Assembly (NCBI GenBank): GCA_028867595.1
Contig: JAGWGB010000001.1
Coordinates: forward strand, 73,630-137,629
Source: Nitrososphaerota archaeon
GTDB lineage: Archaea > Thermoproteota > Nitrososphaeria > Nitrososphaerales > Nitrosopumilaceae
Reading direction: 5' to 3'
Length of the DNA stretch: 64,000 bases
Shown here in pieces: positions 20,553 to 30,284 of this stretch. A program made the position numbers and the translations under genes. Below the pieces are notes generated by a model. That model saw nothing but the letters and a program-made list of their open reading frames with translations. It made no database searches and had not been told where the DNA came from. How positions within the stretch are numbered: position 1 is the first letter of the stretch; each line of letters opens with the position of its first letter.

Positions 20553-21039
20553 ATCACAATTGTTAAGTTCAGAAATACAAACAAGAAAAGATTATGCCAG
20601 TAAGACTAACCTAGATGGCGAAAAACTCCAAAAAGGTGTGGCAAAGCTTGTTCTAGTCATAGTAGAATTGCTAAGACAGATTCTAGAACGGCAAGCCGTG
20701 AGAAGGATCCAATCAGGGAGTCTATCAGAAGAAGAAGTTGAAAGACTAGGATTAGCATTTATGTTGATAAAAGAAAAGGTGGGCCACATATCAGAAGAAT
20801 TTGGTTTGCAAAAAAATGAGCTTGACGGAGCATTGAGAAGCATGCTCAAATCCACAGACTCTCGACTTGCAGGAACATCACTTGTAGATGTAGTGGACAG
20901 GTTACTTTCCAAAGGTGCAGTGATTGGAGGAAGAATAACAGTCTCAGTTGCAGACATTGATCTCATAGCTCTTGATCTTCTTGCAACGCTTTCTGCAATT
21001 ACGGAAAAAAACAATGAGGGGGAAAATCAATATGGTTAA
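20539..21039 (+). CDS. gvpK: GvpK fused to a C-terminal GvpA-family (GvpS/M-like) domain
   Basis: N-terminal 'LVLVIVELLRQILERQAVRR...SLSEEEVERLG' (GvpK); C-terminal 'SLVDVVDRLLSKGAVIGGRITVSVADIDL' (GvpA family). Confidence 0.85.
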   Translation: MQRGKSQLLSSEIQTRKDYASKTNLDGEKLQKGVAKLVLVIVELLRQILERQAVRRIQSGSLSEEEVERLGLAFMLIKEKVGHISEEFGLQKNELDGALRSMLKSTDSRLAGTSLVDVVDRLLSKGAVIGGRITVSVADIDLIALDLLATLSAITEKNNEGENQYG

Positions 21040-21763
21040 CGGCAAGTATCTCTACGGTATTGTAGACGGTGCATTTGAATTTCATTTTGTAAATACAGGG
21101 TTATTTAGTAAGAAGGCATATGCCATCCCATACAAAGACATCAGTGCAATAGTCAGTAATGTCCCTTTCAAGGAGATGCAACCAGACGCTGAAAACATCA
21201 CATTACACCAAGTAGTCATAGAGGAATCAAGAAACCAAAGCACAGTTCTTCCGGCAAGATTTGGTACAATGTTCAAGTCAGAGGATAACGTAAGACAGAT
21301 GTTGGCAAAGTCATACAAGGATCTAAAATCAAAACTGATAAAATTTAAAGGCAAAGATGAATTTGGACTGAAAATAATCATGGACGAACAAGATCTTGAA
21401 AAATTCTCTACGACTTCACAAAATGATCCAGAAATAAAGAGGATAAAAAAAGAAATCTCGTCGTCTGGAGAAGGCACAGCATATTTTCTAAAAATGAAAA
21501 TGAATGAGGCGATTAGAACCGACACATATAGAAGAATAGAACAACTTAGTAGAGAAATACACAGTGAGGTTGTAAAAACTGCAGAAGAAAACTGTACACT
21601 CAGATCAGATTTTGATCAAATAATACTAAACGCGGCATACTTGATAGATAGAGATGAGACCTCTAAATTTCATAATAAAATAGATGCACTCAAAAACAGG
21701 TACCAAACGAAGGGATTGCGGTTTCACCTTAGCGGTCCATGGGCACCATATTCATTTTGCTGA
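21032..21763 (+). CDS. GvpL/GvpF-family gas vesicle protein
   Basis: 'KYLYGIV', 'H..V......TVLPARFG', 'LNAAYLI', 'SGPWAPYSF'; ATG 21032 overlaps the gvpK stop. Confidence 0.9.
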   Translation: MVNGKYLYGIVDGAFEFHFVNTGLFSKKAYAIPYKDISAIVSNVPFKEMQPDAENITLHQVVIEESRNQSTVLPARFGTMFKSEDNVRQMLAKSYKDLKSKLIKFKGKDEFGLKIIMDEQDLEKFSTTSQNDPEIKRIKKEISSSGEGTAYFLKMKMNEAIRTDTYRRIEQLSREIHSEVVKTAEENCTLRSDFDQIILNAAYLIDRDETSKFHNKIDALKNRYQTKGLRFHLSGPWAPYSFC

Positions 21764-21771
21764 GGTAAAAG

Positions 21772-21984
21772 ATGATCATAACTTATCTAATTTTGAAACT
21801 GACCTTACAATCAATCTTAAATGAATGCAACAGACTAGCCGGAGAACAGCAATCAAAAGAACAGATTAGAAGTCTAAAATCAAGGCTTCTCAAGATCAGA
21901 CTGGAATACGAGAAAGGAACAATTAGCGATGAAGAATACAACAACATGCAGGCAGATATTCTAAAGAGTTTAGGAAGAGGATAG
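21772..21984 (+). CDS. gvpG: GvpG-like gas vesicle protein
   Basis: 'L..IRLEYEKGTISDEEY....DIL' C-terminal GvpG pattern; position after gvpF/L. Confidence 0.7.
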   Translation: MIITYLILKLTLQSILNECNRLAGEQQSKEQIRSLKSRLLKIRLEYEKGTISDEEYNNMQADILKSLGRG

Positions 21985-21985
21985 T

Positions 21986-23119
21986 ATGACGACCGTGGCA
22001 GAGGAAACAAACAGGGCAATACTTCATGCAGTACAGGTAAAAAAAATTCAAAACTACATCAGAGAACAAGTTGAAAAAGTAAAAAAAGACGCATTTATGG
22101 CCCGTGAAGAAATGATTCAACAAAGAGCAGAAAAAATAGAACAAGTAAGGGAAAGATTGAGTCAGATCACTCTTGACATACAATTAAAACATTTGATGAT
22201 AAAAGAGAGACTGAATCAAGAGTCGGTATTCAGAGAGGCAAACATCAGAGTAAACAGAGGTCTTGAGGCACTTGAGAACTTTATTCAAGTTTTAAGAGAC
22301 ACACAGATGGAAGATGAAATGATCAAAAAAGCAATTCGAGACCCAATAATATCCAGTTCTCTCAAATCAGAATCAATGAAAATTATTACATCAGAATTTT
22401 TCAAGTCAGTTCAAAAACAGTTGATAATGCAAACGGAATTCATCAACATAGCAGCACATGAGTTACGCACTCCCATCATGCCCATATTACTCAATGTAGA
22501 ACTTTTAGAAGAAGAGTTGGGAAAGGATAACCCACAAATTAAGATAATAACAAGAAATGCAAAAAGGCTACATCGTCTAACTGAAAACATACTAAGTGTA
22601 ACAAGATTAGAAAGCAAGTCGCTCGTTCTGAAAAAGGAAGTTTTTGATTTGAATGAATTAGTTTCTAACATAATCAAGGATGAGTCAAGGCAAATAGAAA
22701 ATAAAAACATAGAAATTATTTATCAGCCGCATAATAAAGAAACCCTCATCAATGCGGATAGAGACAGGCTATCTCAAGTAATTTCCAATTTGTTGCACAA
22801 TGCCATCAAGTTTTCAGATGCGGGTGAGATCGTCATATCTTCAAGACATGTCGATGATGGAATCAAAATCAGTGTAAAAGATCACGGAAAAGGAATAGAC
22901 CCACAAATAATTCCCATTTTATTTTCAAAATTTGTAACAAAGTCTGAAAAAGGAACAGGGCTTGGGCTCTACATATGCAAGGGAATTGTAGAAGCACACG
23001 CAGGTACTATTGAGGCAAAAAATAATGATGAAGAAGAGAGAGGGGCTACATTTTCTTTTACATTGCCCTTTTTAGACGAAAACACTGAAAGCAAAATAGA
23101 GCCTATCAAGTATCTCTAG
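21986..23119 (+). CDS. histidine kinase with an N-terminal coiled-coil region, last gene of the gvp operon
   Basis: AAHELRTP, NLLHNAIKFS, DHGKG, GTGLGL; starts 1 nt after the gvpG stop; no TM segment. Confidence 0.9.
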   Translation: MTTVAEETNRAILHAVQVKKIQNYIREQVEKVKKDAFMAREEMIQQRAEKIEQVRERLSQITLDIQLKHLMIKERLNQESVFREANIRVNRGLEALENFIQVLRDTQMEDEMIKKAIRDPIISSSLKSESMKIITSEFFKSVQKQLIMQTEFINIAAHELRTPIMPILLNVELLEEELGKDNPQIKIITRNAKRLHRLTENILSVTRLESKSLVLKKEVFDLNELVSNIIKDESRQIENKNIEIIYQPHNKETLINADRDRLSQVISNLLHNAIKFSDAGEIVISSRHVDDGIKISVKDHGKGIDPQIIPILFSKFVTKSEKGTGLGLYICKGIVEAHAGTIEAKNNDEEERGATFSFTLPFLDENTESKIEPIKYL

Positions 23120-25254
23120 TCATTAGTAGATGAAGTTTTAGGATTTATCGCAGCCACATTAGTTTGGTTATTTTGAGTTTTCTGAATTTCATATATGGTA
23201 AAGTTTGTCTTTTTTCCATCAAGTGTGACTTGAGATTCTCCCCATGTAGTGTCATTTTGCATATTTGATGCACGAAGAATATAATCACCCACTTTAAGGT
23301 CTGTGAAATGAGCTTCACCTCTAGAATTAACCTGAGATTCGACAATCTTGTTACCATTGTTGTCAAATACACTTACCATCAGATTACCATTTTTTGAGGA
23401 GACCAATTTCGATTGTGTATCATAGATCTTTACATCAATTGCATTATGCACTGCGGAAGGCCAAGGAGTAATTACTTTGATCTCTTGATCAAACCCCTTT
23501 ACCGTGGCAGATGCAGGATACAAAAACACAGGAGAGTAAGAAAATGAGATATGTTGGTTGATCTTTACACCGATGTCATAGTGAGTATTTACATTGGTAG
23601 GTTCTAACCAAAAACGCAACGTCTCTCCACTTGTATCTGTGGAGCTTGTTGCCCATGTTTTATTGTCTTGAGAGTTTACATCCACAGTTGCATTAAAGAT
23701 AGGAGTAACACCATCATTGTATAATACATCTACCCGCATTCCCACAGGCAAAGGCAACGACATTTTCAATTGTGCGTTGGTTTTTTCAAGATCAACATAG
23801 TCTATATCAGCGCACATTCCATTTACAAAGACCTCCACCTTATACCTATGATTAAGGGGTAAATCTCCAATATAGAAGGGATTACCAGATACAGAGTCTA
23901 TTTGCCTGTACACTGATTGGTTTGTGTCTTGATAAATCTTGAAAGATAATAGAGTGTAATCAGCCCTATCCCCATCGGGATACAACAAGTTAACCATGAC
24001 AGACCCCACATTTTGAGCCTGAGTTGTCATCATATCACGAGAGGATGCATATGGCTTCGGAACGGGCTGTAAAAGTGCGGTCTGGTTTAGTGGACTGGTT
24101 TGGTTTACTGAACTCAATAATTTAGGTCGGTTTTGCATTGTCTGATTTATTTCGTAATATGCAGTCAATGTAACATTCTGTGTTGGCACAATTGTTCTCG
24201 TATCTTTTGTTGTACCATCATCCCAATGATCAAATGTATAGTTACCAAAGTTCGTCACATCCACAGTATAATTCTGCCCCTCAACAGCACTGAAAATGAG
24301 TGGGGTAAAACCAGAACTGCTATTTGTGGCGGATTTAACAGTAGACCAAAGCCCATTGAGGGGTTTGTCATCATCAGAGTAAGTGTTTACCTTTATGTAG
24401 ACGGTACCATTTTGTCCAGCAGATTCAAGCATGCCCATCAATTTATCAATATAATTTGGTAAATCTAGGAAAGGATTGGGTAGTGTCAAATTAGTTATAT
24501 ACATGTACTGGACAAATTTTGTAGCATTGGTGATATAGGTTTTGTTTATATCATTGACATCGTATGCTACAAATGAAAAGTTTGTTTTAGTGAAATTTTC
24601 ATGCCATCCATCAAATAATGACATCGGTGGAAGATCCTTTTTGTCATGTATTACAATATTATCGACTGTACCAACATAGCTTGGTAGCGTATCAGCACCA
24701 GGATTGCCAACAGTGTATGTAAGACCTATAGATTTTGTATAATTATTTAGTTGTTTATAGAAGGTTTCATTTCCATGGACGTAAGACATTGCATCAAAGA
24801 AAATTCCGTTTACGCCGTACCAATTCTTGTACGAATCAATTTCAGATTCCACCACGGTTGTGTTTCTTGAACCATAGCCTGTATCTACATATCCCAGCAC
24901 AATTATACCAGCATTCTGGAGATTGTGTACACCTACGACATAGTTGTTGTCTTCTACTCCAGGACCATTAGCCGGATTAATTATCGCAATAATTGGTACA
25001 GAATTGTGGGAATTTTTTTCTTGTATCAATTCATCCCACATCGTACCAGGATAACTATAAAGCGGAACCATTAGTCCCGGTGGCGTCATGGCAGATGCAT
25101 TGTGAGGTTGGTACCCACCAACAATACACGCTAGTGCGAACAACGCAATAATGTAACAGGAATGTATCCTACTAGCATGAATCAAATTAAAATCATCAAT
25201 TTTACAAAATGTTCTAATACGCATAACTTGTCGTAGAAATGTTTCCACATCCAT
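23116..25254 (-). CDS. Spherulin-4/GH135-like hydrolase with C-terminal Ig-like beta-sandwich domains, secreted
   Basis: Signal-like segment; 'VPLYSYP', 'IINPANGPG', 'LGYVDT', 'GIFFD', 'VGNPG'; followed by a 'YTFDHW' Ig-like module and prealbumin-like repeats. Confidence 0.8.
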   Translation of the reverse strand: MDVETFLRQVMRIRTFCKIDDFNLIHASRIHSCYIIALFALACIVGGYQPHNASAMTPPGLMVPLYSYPGTMWDELIQEKNSHNSVPIIAIINPANGPGVEDNNYVVGVHNLQNAGIIVLGYVDTGYGSRNTTVVESEIDSYKNWYGVNGIFFDAMSYVHGNETFYKQLNNYTKSIGLTYTVGNPGADTLPSYVGTVDNIVIHDKKDLPPMSLFDGWHENFTKTNFSFVAYDVNDINKTYITNATKFVQYMYITNLTLPNPFLDLPNYIDKLMGMLESAGQNGTVYIKVNTYSDDDKPLNGLWSTVKSATNSSSGFTPLIFSAVEGQNYTVDVTNFGNYTFDHWDDGTTKDTRTIVPTQNVTLTAYYEINQTMQNRPKLLSSVNQTSPLNQTALLQPVPKPYASSRDMMTTQAQNVGSVMVNLLYPDGDRADYTLLSFKIYQDTNQSVYRQIDSVSGNPFYIGDLPLNHRYKVEVFVNGMCADIDYVDLEKTNAQLKMSLPLPVGMRVDVLYNDGVTPIFNATVDVNSQDNKTWATSSTDTSGETLRFWLEPTNVNTHYDIGVKINQHISFSYSPVFLYPASATVKGFDQEIKVITPWPSAVHNAIDVKIYDTQSKLVSSKNGNLMVSVFDNNGNKIVESQVNSRGEAHFTDLKVGDYILRASNMQNDTTWGESQVTLDGKKTNFTIYEIQKTQNNQTNVAAINPKTSSTND
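24797..24901. repeat. near-identical ~105-bp segment shared by two Sph4 genes (other copy about 26163-26268)
   Basis: AAATTCCGTTTACGCCGTACCAATTCTTGTACGAATC...TTTCTTGAACCATAGCCTGTATCTACATATCCCAGCAC occurs in both with few mismatches. Confidence 0.9.
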
Positions 25255-25369
25255 GGTTTATACTCTGACTAGTTTCTCTAATCTGACGATTATCTTCATA
25301 TCGGTAGAAAATACTAGAACAATTACAGGACTAGGATTAGAAGAATATGCTTCTCAGAGATTAGAAAAA

Positions 25370-25411
25370 TAGAACAATCTTCTAGAAAACTTATGCGTGT
25401 TGTTTTTATAA
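25370..25411 (+). promoter_or_regulatory. palindrome TAGAAC-AAT-CTTCTA (25370-25384) plus TATA box TTTATAA (25405-25411) upstream of a wHTH gene
   Basis: The 20-mer AATAGAACAATCTTCTAGAA is identical at 19747 and 25368; operator-to-TATA spacing is about 20 bp in both. Confidence 0.65.
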
Positions 25412-25432
25412 CATCATTTTTAACTATTTTTT

Positions 25433-25711
25433 ATGAAATACAGAAGCAGAGCAGAAATAGTATCCATGATATTAGATTCTGTAAGCGCAGGAGCAACAAA
25501 AACTAAGATAATGTACAAAGCGTACTTGTCGTACACACAACTAAAGGAATACCTCTCATATATGGAGGATAACGGACTTCTTGCATATGAAGAAGGTGCT
25601 CAGATATACAGAATAACTGAGAAGGGAAGAAAAGTCATGCACCTGTACGAAGAGATCGGTGACATGGTATCACAAACAAATGAAGAAAAAATTACCAAGT
25701 TGGTAGTATAA
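25433..25711 (+). CDS. winged helix-turn-helix protein (HTH_45/ArnR1-like)
   Basis: 'MKYRSRAEIVSMIL...GATKTKIMYKAYLSYTQLKEYL...ITEKG'; close paralog of 14168. Confidence 0.9.
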   Translation: MKYRSRAEIVSMILDSVSAGATKTKIMYKAYLSYTQLKEYLSYMEDNGLLAYEEGAQIYRITEKGRKVMHLYEEIGDMVSQTNEEKITKLVV

Positions 25712-25764
25712 CACCATTTCTTTCACCTTTTCATACCAAATTGTCATTAAAGAATATTAAGATT

Positions 25765-26532
25765 TTATTTAATCACAACTAGTTTGGAGGATTCCACGAT
25801 TTTGACTAGTTTGTTAAAGTATTCAGGAAGAACGGTCCATGGATTGGCGCCTTTCTGGTCTGTGACATACAAATATCCCACATGTTTCGCTAATGATTTG
25901 ATATGATCCCTGTCTATCGAATCTACACCATATGAGAGAAATGAAAAGTTATTCTTTTTGAAATTTTCATGCCATCCCTCAAATAGTTGGAGTGGAGGAA
26001 GATTCGCATTATCGTATAATACAATATTATCTACTGTACCAACATAGCTTGGCAGTGTATCAACTCCTGGATTTCCCACAGTCATAGTCATATCATGCGT
26101 TTTGACATATGTAGTAAGATTTGCATAATAATGTTCCATGCCAGGCACATTTGCCATCTCATCAAAGAAAATTCCGTTTACGCCGTACCAATTCTTGTAC
26201 GAATCGATTTCAGATTCCACCAGGGTTGCGTTTCTTGAACCATAGCCTGTATCTACATATCCCAGCACTACAATGCCACCAGACTGTAAATTTTCCACCC
26301 CCTGAACATAGTTTGAATCAATGGTTTGTCCAGGACCATTATTTGGGTTGATGATTGTAATAACTGGCATGGTGGGATGGCGATGTTTTTCCATGATTAG
26401 TTCGTCCCACGCCGAACTAGAATTATCATATAGTGGTATTATAAGCCCAGTTCGAGATTCGTGCATGTGTTCACTATGAGAAAAATGAAAAGATGACATG
26501 ACCATAAAAGTGCATAAAATTTCCATTAACAT
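25765..26532 (-). CDS. Spherulin-4/GH135-like hydrolase
   Basis: 'IIPLY', 'IINPNNGPG', 'LGYVDT', 'GIFFDEM', 'VGNPG'. Confidence 0.85.
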   Translation of the reverse strand: MLMEILCTFMVMSSFHFSHSEHMHESRTGLIIPLYDNSSSAWDELIMEKHRHPTMPVITIINPNNGPGQTIDSNYVQGVENLQSGGIVVLGYVDTGYGSRNATLVESEIDSYKNWYGVNGIFFDEMANVPGMEHYYANLTTYVKTHDMTMTVGNPGVDTLPSYVGTVDNIVLYDNANLPPLQLFEGWHENFKKNNFSFLSYGVDSIDRDHIKSLAKHVGYLYVTDQKGANPWTVLPEYFNKLVKIVESSKLVVIK

Positions 26533-26861
26533 ATCAGCAATTCCCAGGTGTGTCGAATTGTAATGATGCTAAATTCTGACCAATATGATGCACGTTCATG
26601 CACATTTTATACCTCTGCCGAGTTTTGTGATGTACCATGAATTCCAGAATCCATAACAGATGCCCACAGTTTCAACAAAAACCTATTTTCTCCAATATTT
26701 ATCACAGTATAGATTGAATATACTCTAAGAATAGTATAGAAAATCATTATTTTGTTTTTGATGGTAACCAAAAATTTGGATAATCATCTTACATGAAATT
26801 TTTACAGAATGAATTAGCTTAATGATTAAATCCTCCAGATCAGCAATGTAACTGACGAAAA

Positions 26862-27104
26862 ATGGTGAGAAATGACGAAATCATACATGGCAGACAGAGT
26901 ATAGATACAAGTAGAGCTGTAGCAATAGCAAGAAAATTTTTAGAGCAATATCACTCTCCAGTAATATTCAAGTCAACATATCTAAACAACAAAACATGGA
27001 TTGTCACCATGGAAGTCGGCTTGCTAAGAGAAGACATCATGGTAGTCAAGATAGATGCAGAAACCGGAAATATACAAGGATATGACCATGTGTTGCAATC
27101 TTAG
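26862..27104 (+). CDS. small PepSY-like protein
   Basis: 'AVAIARKFL...W.V...G....VKIDAETGNI' PepSY-like pattern. Confidence 0.6.
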   Translation: MVRNDEIIHGRQSIDTSRAVAIARKFLEQYHSPVIFKSTYLNNKTWIVTMEVGLLREDIMVVKIDAETGNIQGYDHVLQS

Positions 27105-27259
27105 GCATATTTGTTATTTCAGGTAATGTGATTTTATGTTACTCTAGTATGACAGATGGGGACATGTAACAATATGATATATGTAAAACTTACACACCAC
27201 GGTCACGTAACATAAATTTTTAGGGTTGCGTGACCTAGTCAACATACTAATTGTTGAAC

Positions 27260-29194
27260 CTATCCAGCGTTTGCGAATGCCTTTACTTCAATTGCAATAT
27301 CATCCCAGAGATCACCACCATTGCTTGCAGTCCAGCTGCAGGAGGTAGAGCTTGGTGATGGTACTACCGTTGAACTTGATGCGCTGGTAATGTTACCAGT
27401 GTCTAAATTGAGCACGTTAAGATTCCACTCTTGTGTACAAGTTGGAGAGTCTAGTGTTTTGCCACCATAGATTGATGGTAGGTCAAGCACCCAGTCGTTT
27501 GGATATGCAGTAGTAATTGAAATGGTTGGACTGCTGGCTGAAGTGTTATGTTTTATGATACTAACAGGCATTGGATTTGACTGATCTACTCCAGAAAAGG
27601 CATATGCGCCAACTACAGTAGATGTAGGTCCAGCCATTGTTACAACTATATTTGCAGTGCCATTAGGATTTTTCAGGTACCAGAACTCGGCATCGTCGTT
27701 AACAAAAGATTGCACTTTTTTTGTTAACGGTACACCGCCAAATGTAATGGATGCCACGTCATCATTATTTGCCCCTACGCCGACAACTAGCACACGATTA
27801 TTGCCAATACCAGCATTAAAGTTATCAAGTGTTATTTGGAAAGACGGTACGGACGCTGAGCCGGATGTTGATTTGATGTTGTTTAAAACAATGGCAGGTG
27901 CTGAGGCATCTGTAGTTGCAGACGATGTGTTGGATGGAGAGCTTGTTCCAGCCGAGTTTATTGAAGATACACGGTAAGTGTAAGTAGTATTTGATGACAA
28001 ACCTGTGTCAGAGTATGTTGTGTCGGTATTTCCAGTGTTGGGTACAACAGTATTCCATATAGAACTGCTATCCAGGGATCTTTCTATTTTATATCCGGTA
28101 ATTGGAGAGCCGCCATCATCCACAGGTGCAATCCATGACAGGTTTATCTGTGATGATGAGATTACTGAGGATGTAAGATTTGTCGGTGGTTGTGGTGCTG
28201 TGGGAGAGCTGACAGAGTATACATCTCCACCAAATATGTTTACAGGGCCAGAAGTTGATGCGATGATTGTGTTACTTGAATCATAGACGTTAATTGTGCC
28301 AGCAAGTGGAAAGTGATATTTGCCTATGTCAAGCACAGCATTGCCCCCCGTTACTGGTGCACTTGCAAGTATATTTCCAGACGAGTCTGTTACAGACACT
28401 GTTTTAGCATTGGATGGGTTGTCGGTCACCTGAATTGTTTCGTTTGATGTAATGTAAAAGTCTGTAAAAGTGCCATTAAGTAGTTGACCTTGATAGGAGC
28501 TTTCTGGTTCCAAATAGGCATTAAATGGAGACGGCATGCCAAGAACTAGCATGTTGTTCGAATATACCATCACTCCATCAAGGTATACCTTGAGATAGTT
28601 ATTGCCGTTTGTTATAATAGTACAGTCTCTTGTAAGCGGTTGATTTGGACTAGAATCTGTCCACAAGGTAGCAAATACTAGCGATTGAGTTGGTGCACCA
28701 TAAGTATGTACAACCTCCCAAACTGTTCCCTGATTATTTGTTACAGCTACACATGTAACATAGTTTACTGGCGCCTGGATAGTTTGTACGTACATTCCAT
28801 TTTCATATTGTTGGGTTGGTGTTGTCCTTAGAGGAGCAGATATTACAGAATGAAATAGGAGAGCGTCAGTATTGGGCGTTATTGCGTAAAATCCTGCATA
28901 GGTACCATTGGATGGTGACTGGACTCCAATGTGCAGCCCTTGTGCATCCCTGTAAAAATCATAAGGTGCATTTTCAGATATAGCATCTCCACCGTAGCGC
29001 CAGTATCCAGTGCTTGTTTGAAGTTGTTGCTGAGTCTCAGTCTCGTTGTTCAGTGGGTCAGAGGCTACCAATCCAGATTGCATACGATTAATTGATAGAA
29101 TAGTAGACGCATGCGCATTAGGAGCAACCAGATTCAGAAATAATATTAGAAAAATGGCAGACAGTATTCCTACTACAAAATAATTCTTTTTCAA
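27260..29194 (-). CDS. secreted protein: unknown domain X + fibronectin type III + unknown domain Y
   Basis: Signal peptide; FN3 'PPTNL...INLSW..P..DGGSPITGYKIER...TYTYRVS.IN.AG'; X and Y recur in other ORFs. Confidence 0.8.
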   Translation of the reverse strand: MKKNYFVVGILSAIFLILFLNLVAPNAHASTILSINRMQSGLVASDPLNNETETQQQLQTSTGYWRYGGDAISENAPYDFYRDAQGLHIGVQSPSNGTYAGFYAITPNTDALLFHSVISAPLRTTPTQQYENGMYVQTIQAPVNYVTCVAVTNNQGTVWEVVHTYGAPTQSLVFATLWTDSSPNQPLTRDCTIITNGNNYLKVYLDGVMVYSNNMLVLGMPSPFNAYLEPESSYQGQLLNGTFTDFYITSNETIQVTDNPSNAKTVSVTDSSGNILASAPVTGGNAVLDIGKYHFPLAGTINVYDSSNTIIASTSGPVNIFGGDVYSVSSPTAPQPPTNLTSSVISSSQINLSWIAPVDDGGSPITGYKIERSLDSSSIWNTVVPNTGNTDTTYSDTGLSSNTTYTYRVSSINSAGTSSPSNTSSATTDASAPAIVLNNIKSTSGSASVPSFQITLDNFNAGIGNNRVLVVGVGANNDDVASITFGGVPLTKKVQSFVNDDAEFWYLKNPNGTANIVVTMAGPTSTVVGAYAFSGVDQSNPMPVSIIKHNTSASSPTISITTAYPNDWVLDLPSIYGGKTLDSPTCTQEWNLNVLNLDTGNITSASSSTVVPSPSSTSCSWTASNGGDLWDDIAIEVKAFANAG

Positions 29195-29476
29195 TACTGC
29201 AATAATATTTTAAAACCATATTTGACTATGCTAAAAATGTTCTAGAGCATTTGTATGCAGGTGTGTATAGTCACTGCTTGATTTTTTTCCAAAAGCAGAC
29301 TAGCATTTAGTAAAAATCATCATTAATATTTACTTGATCGTGAATTAGGTTAACTCAGTGTCATCAAAGACACAATCGCAAAGCAACACGTTAAGACCAA
29401 AAGGACTTTGGTTTAGAGAGAATCGCATAGAAGAATTTTAGGCTGGTATTAAATAAAATATAAACAATATCTCACC

Positions 29477-30208
29477 ATGAATATAATGGCAATAGGGGCA
29501 CATCCAGATGATATTGAGTTAGGTTGTGGCGGACTTCTTCTAAAATCTGCAAGAGAAGGACACAACATATTCATGTATACGCTCACAAGAGGAGGCGCTT
29601 CTGGTGATCCAAAACAGCGTAGTGACGAACTTAGGCGCTCTGCACAGTTCATAGGTGCAAAACAGCTCTGGATTGACAATTTCGAGGACTCTAAACTTAG
29701 TGTAACTAATGAGCTGATAAATCACATTGAATATTTTGTAAATAAAGCAAACCCAGATCTTATTATCACTCATTCTCATGGAGACTTGCATCACGATCAC
29801 AGAGCAGTTGCAACAGCTACAGTTGAAGCTGCCAGATTTAACTCCAACATATTGTCTTATGAAATCCCCCTTACTAGGGATTTTGACCCAAAGATATTTT
29901 ATGATATATCAGATGTCATTTACGAAAAGGTTGAACTGATTGAGATATTTTGGTCTCAGCAAAGTAAGCTCTACCTTCGAGCTAATGCAATCAAGGGATT
30001 AGCAGAATACAGAGCTCTGCAAAGTAGACTCAATACTGGCATAAATTTTGTTGAAGCATATGAAGTGGTTAAACTGTGTTTTGATAGAGAGTTTAGGTTG
30101 TTGACCGTACCGTATGAAAAAATCAAAAATACAAATACAGTAAATAACCTTGACCAAGTTCTTGAATTCGTTAATCAAAAACATGAAGATGTGACCATAC
30201 GAAAATAA
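29477..30208 (+). CDS. PIG-L/LmbE-family N-acetylhexosamine deacetylase
   Basis: 'GAHPDDIELG' and 'H.DLHHDH' metal motifs. Confidence 0.92.
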   Translation: MNIMAIGAHPDDIELGCGGLLLKSAREGHNIFMYTLTRGGASGDPKQRSDELRRSAQFIGAKQLWIDNFEDSKLSVTNELINHIEYFVNKANPDLIITHSHGDLHHDHRAVATATVEAARFNSNILSYEIPLTRDFDPKIFYDISDVIYEKVELIEIFWSQQSKLYLRANAIKGLAEYRALQSRLNTGINFVEAYEVVKLCFDREFRLLTVPYEKIKNTNTVNNLDQVLEFVNQKHEDVTIRK

Positions 30209-30284
30209 CGTACAGGTGTTTTATGTACGAACACATGTTAATGCTACATTTGTCTTCTTAGATGCCCACATTGTAAGAGATGTA

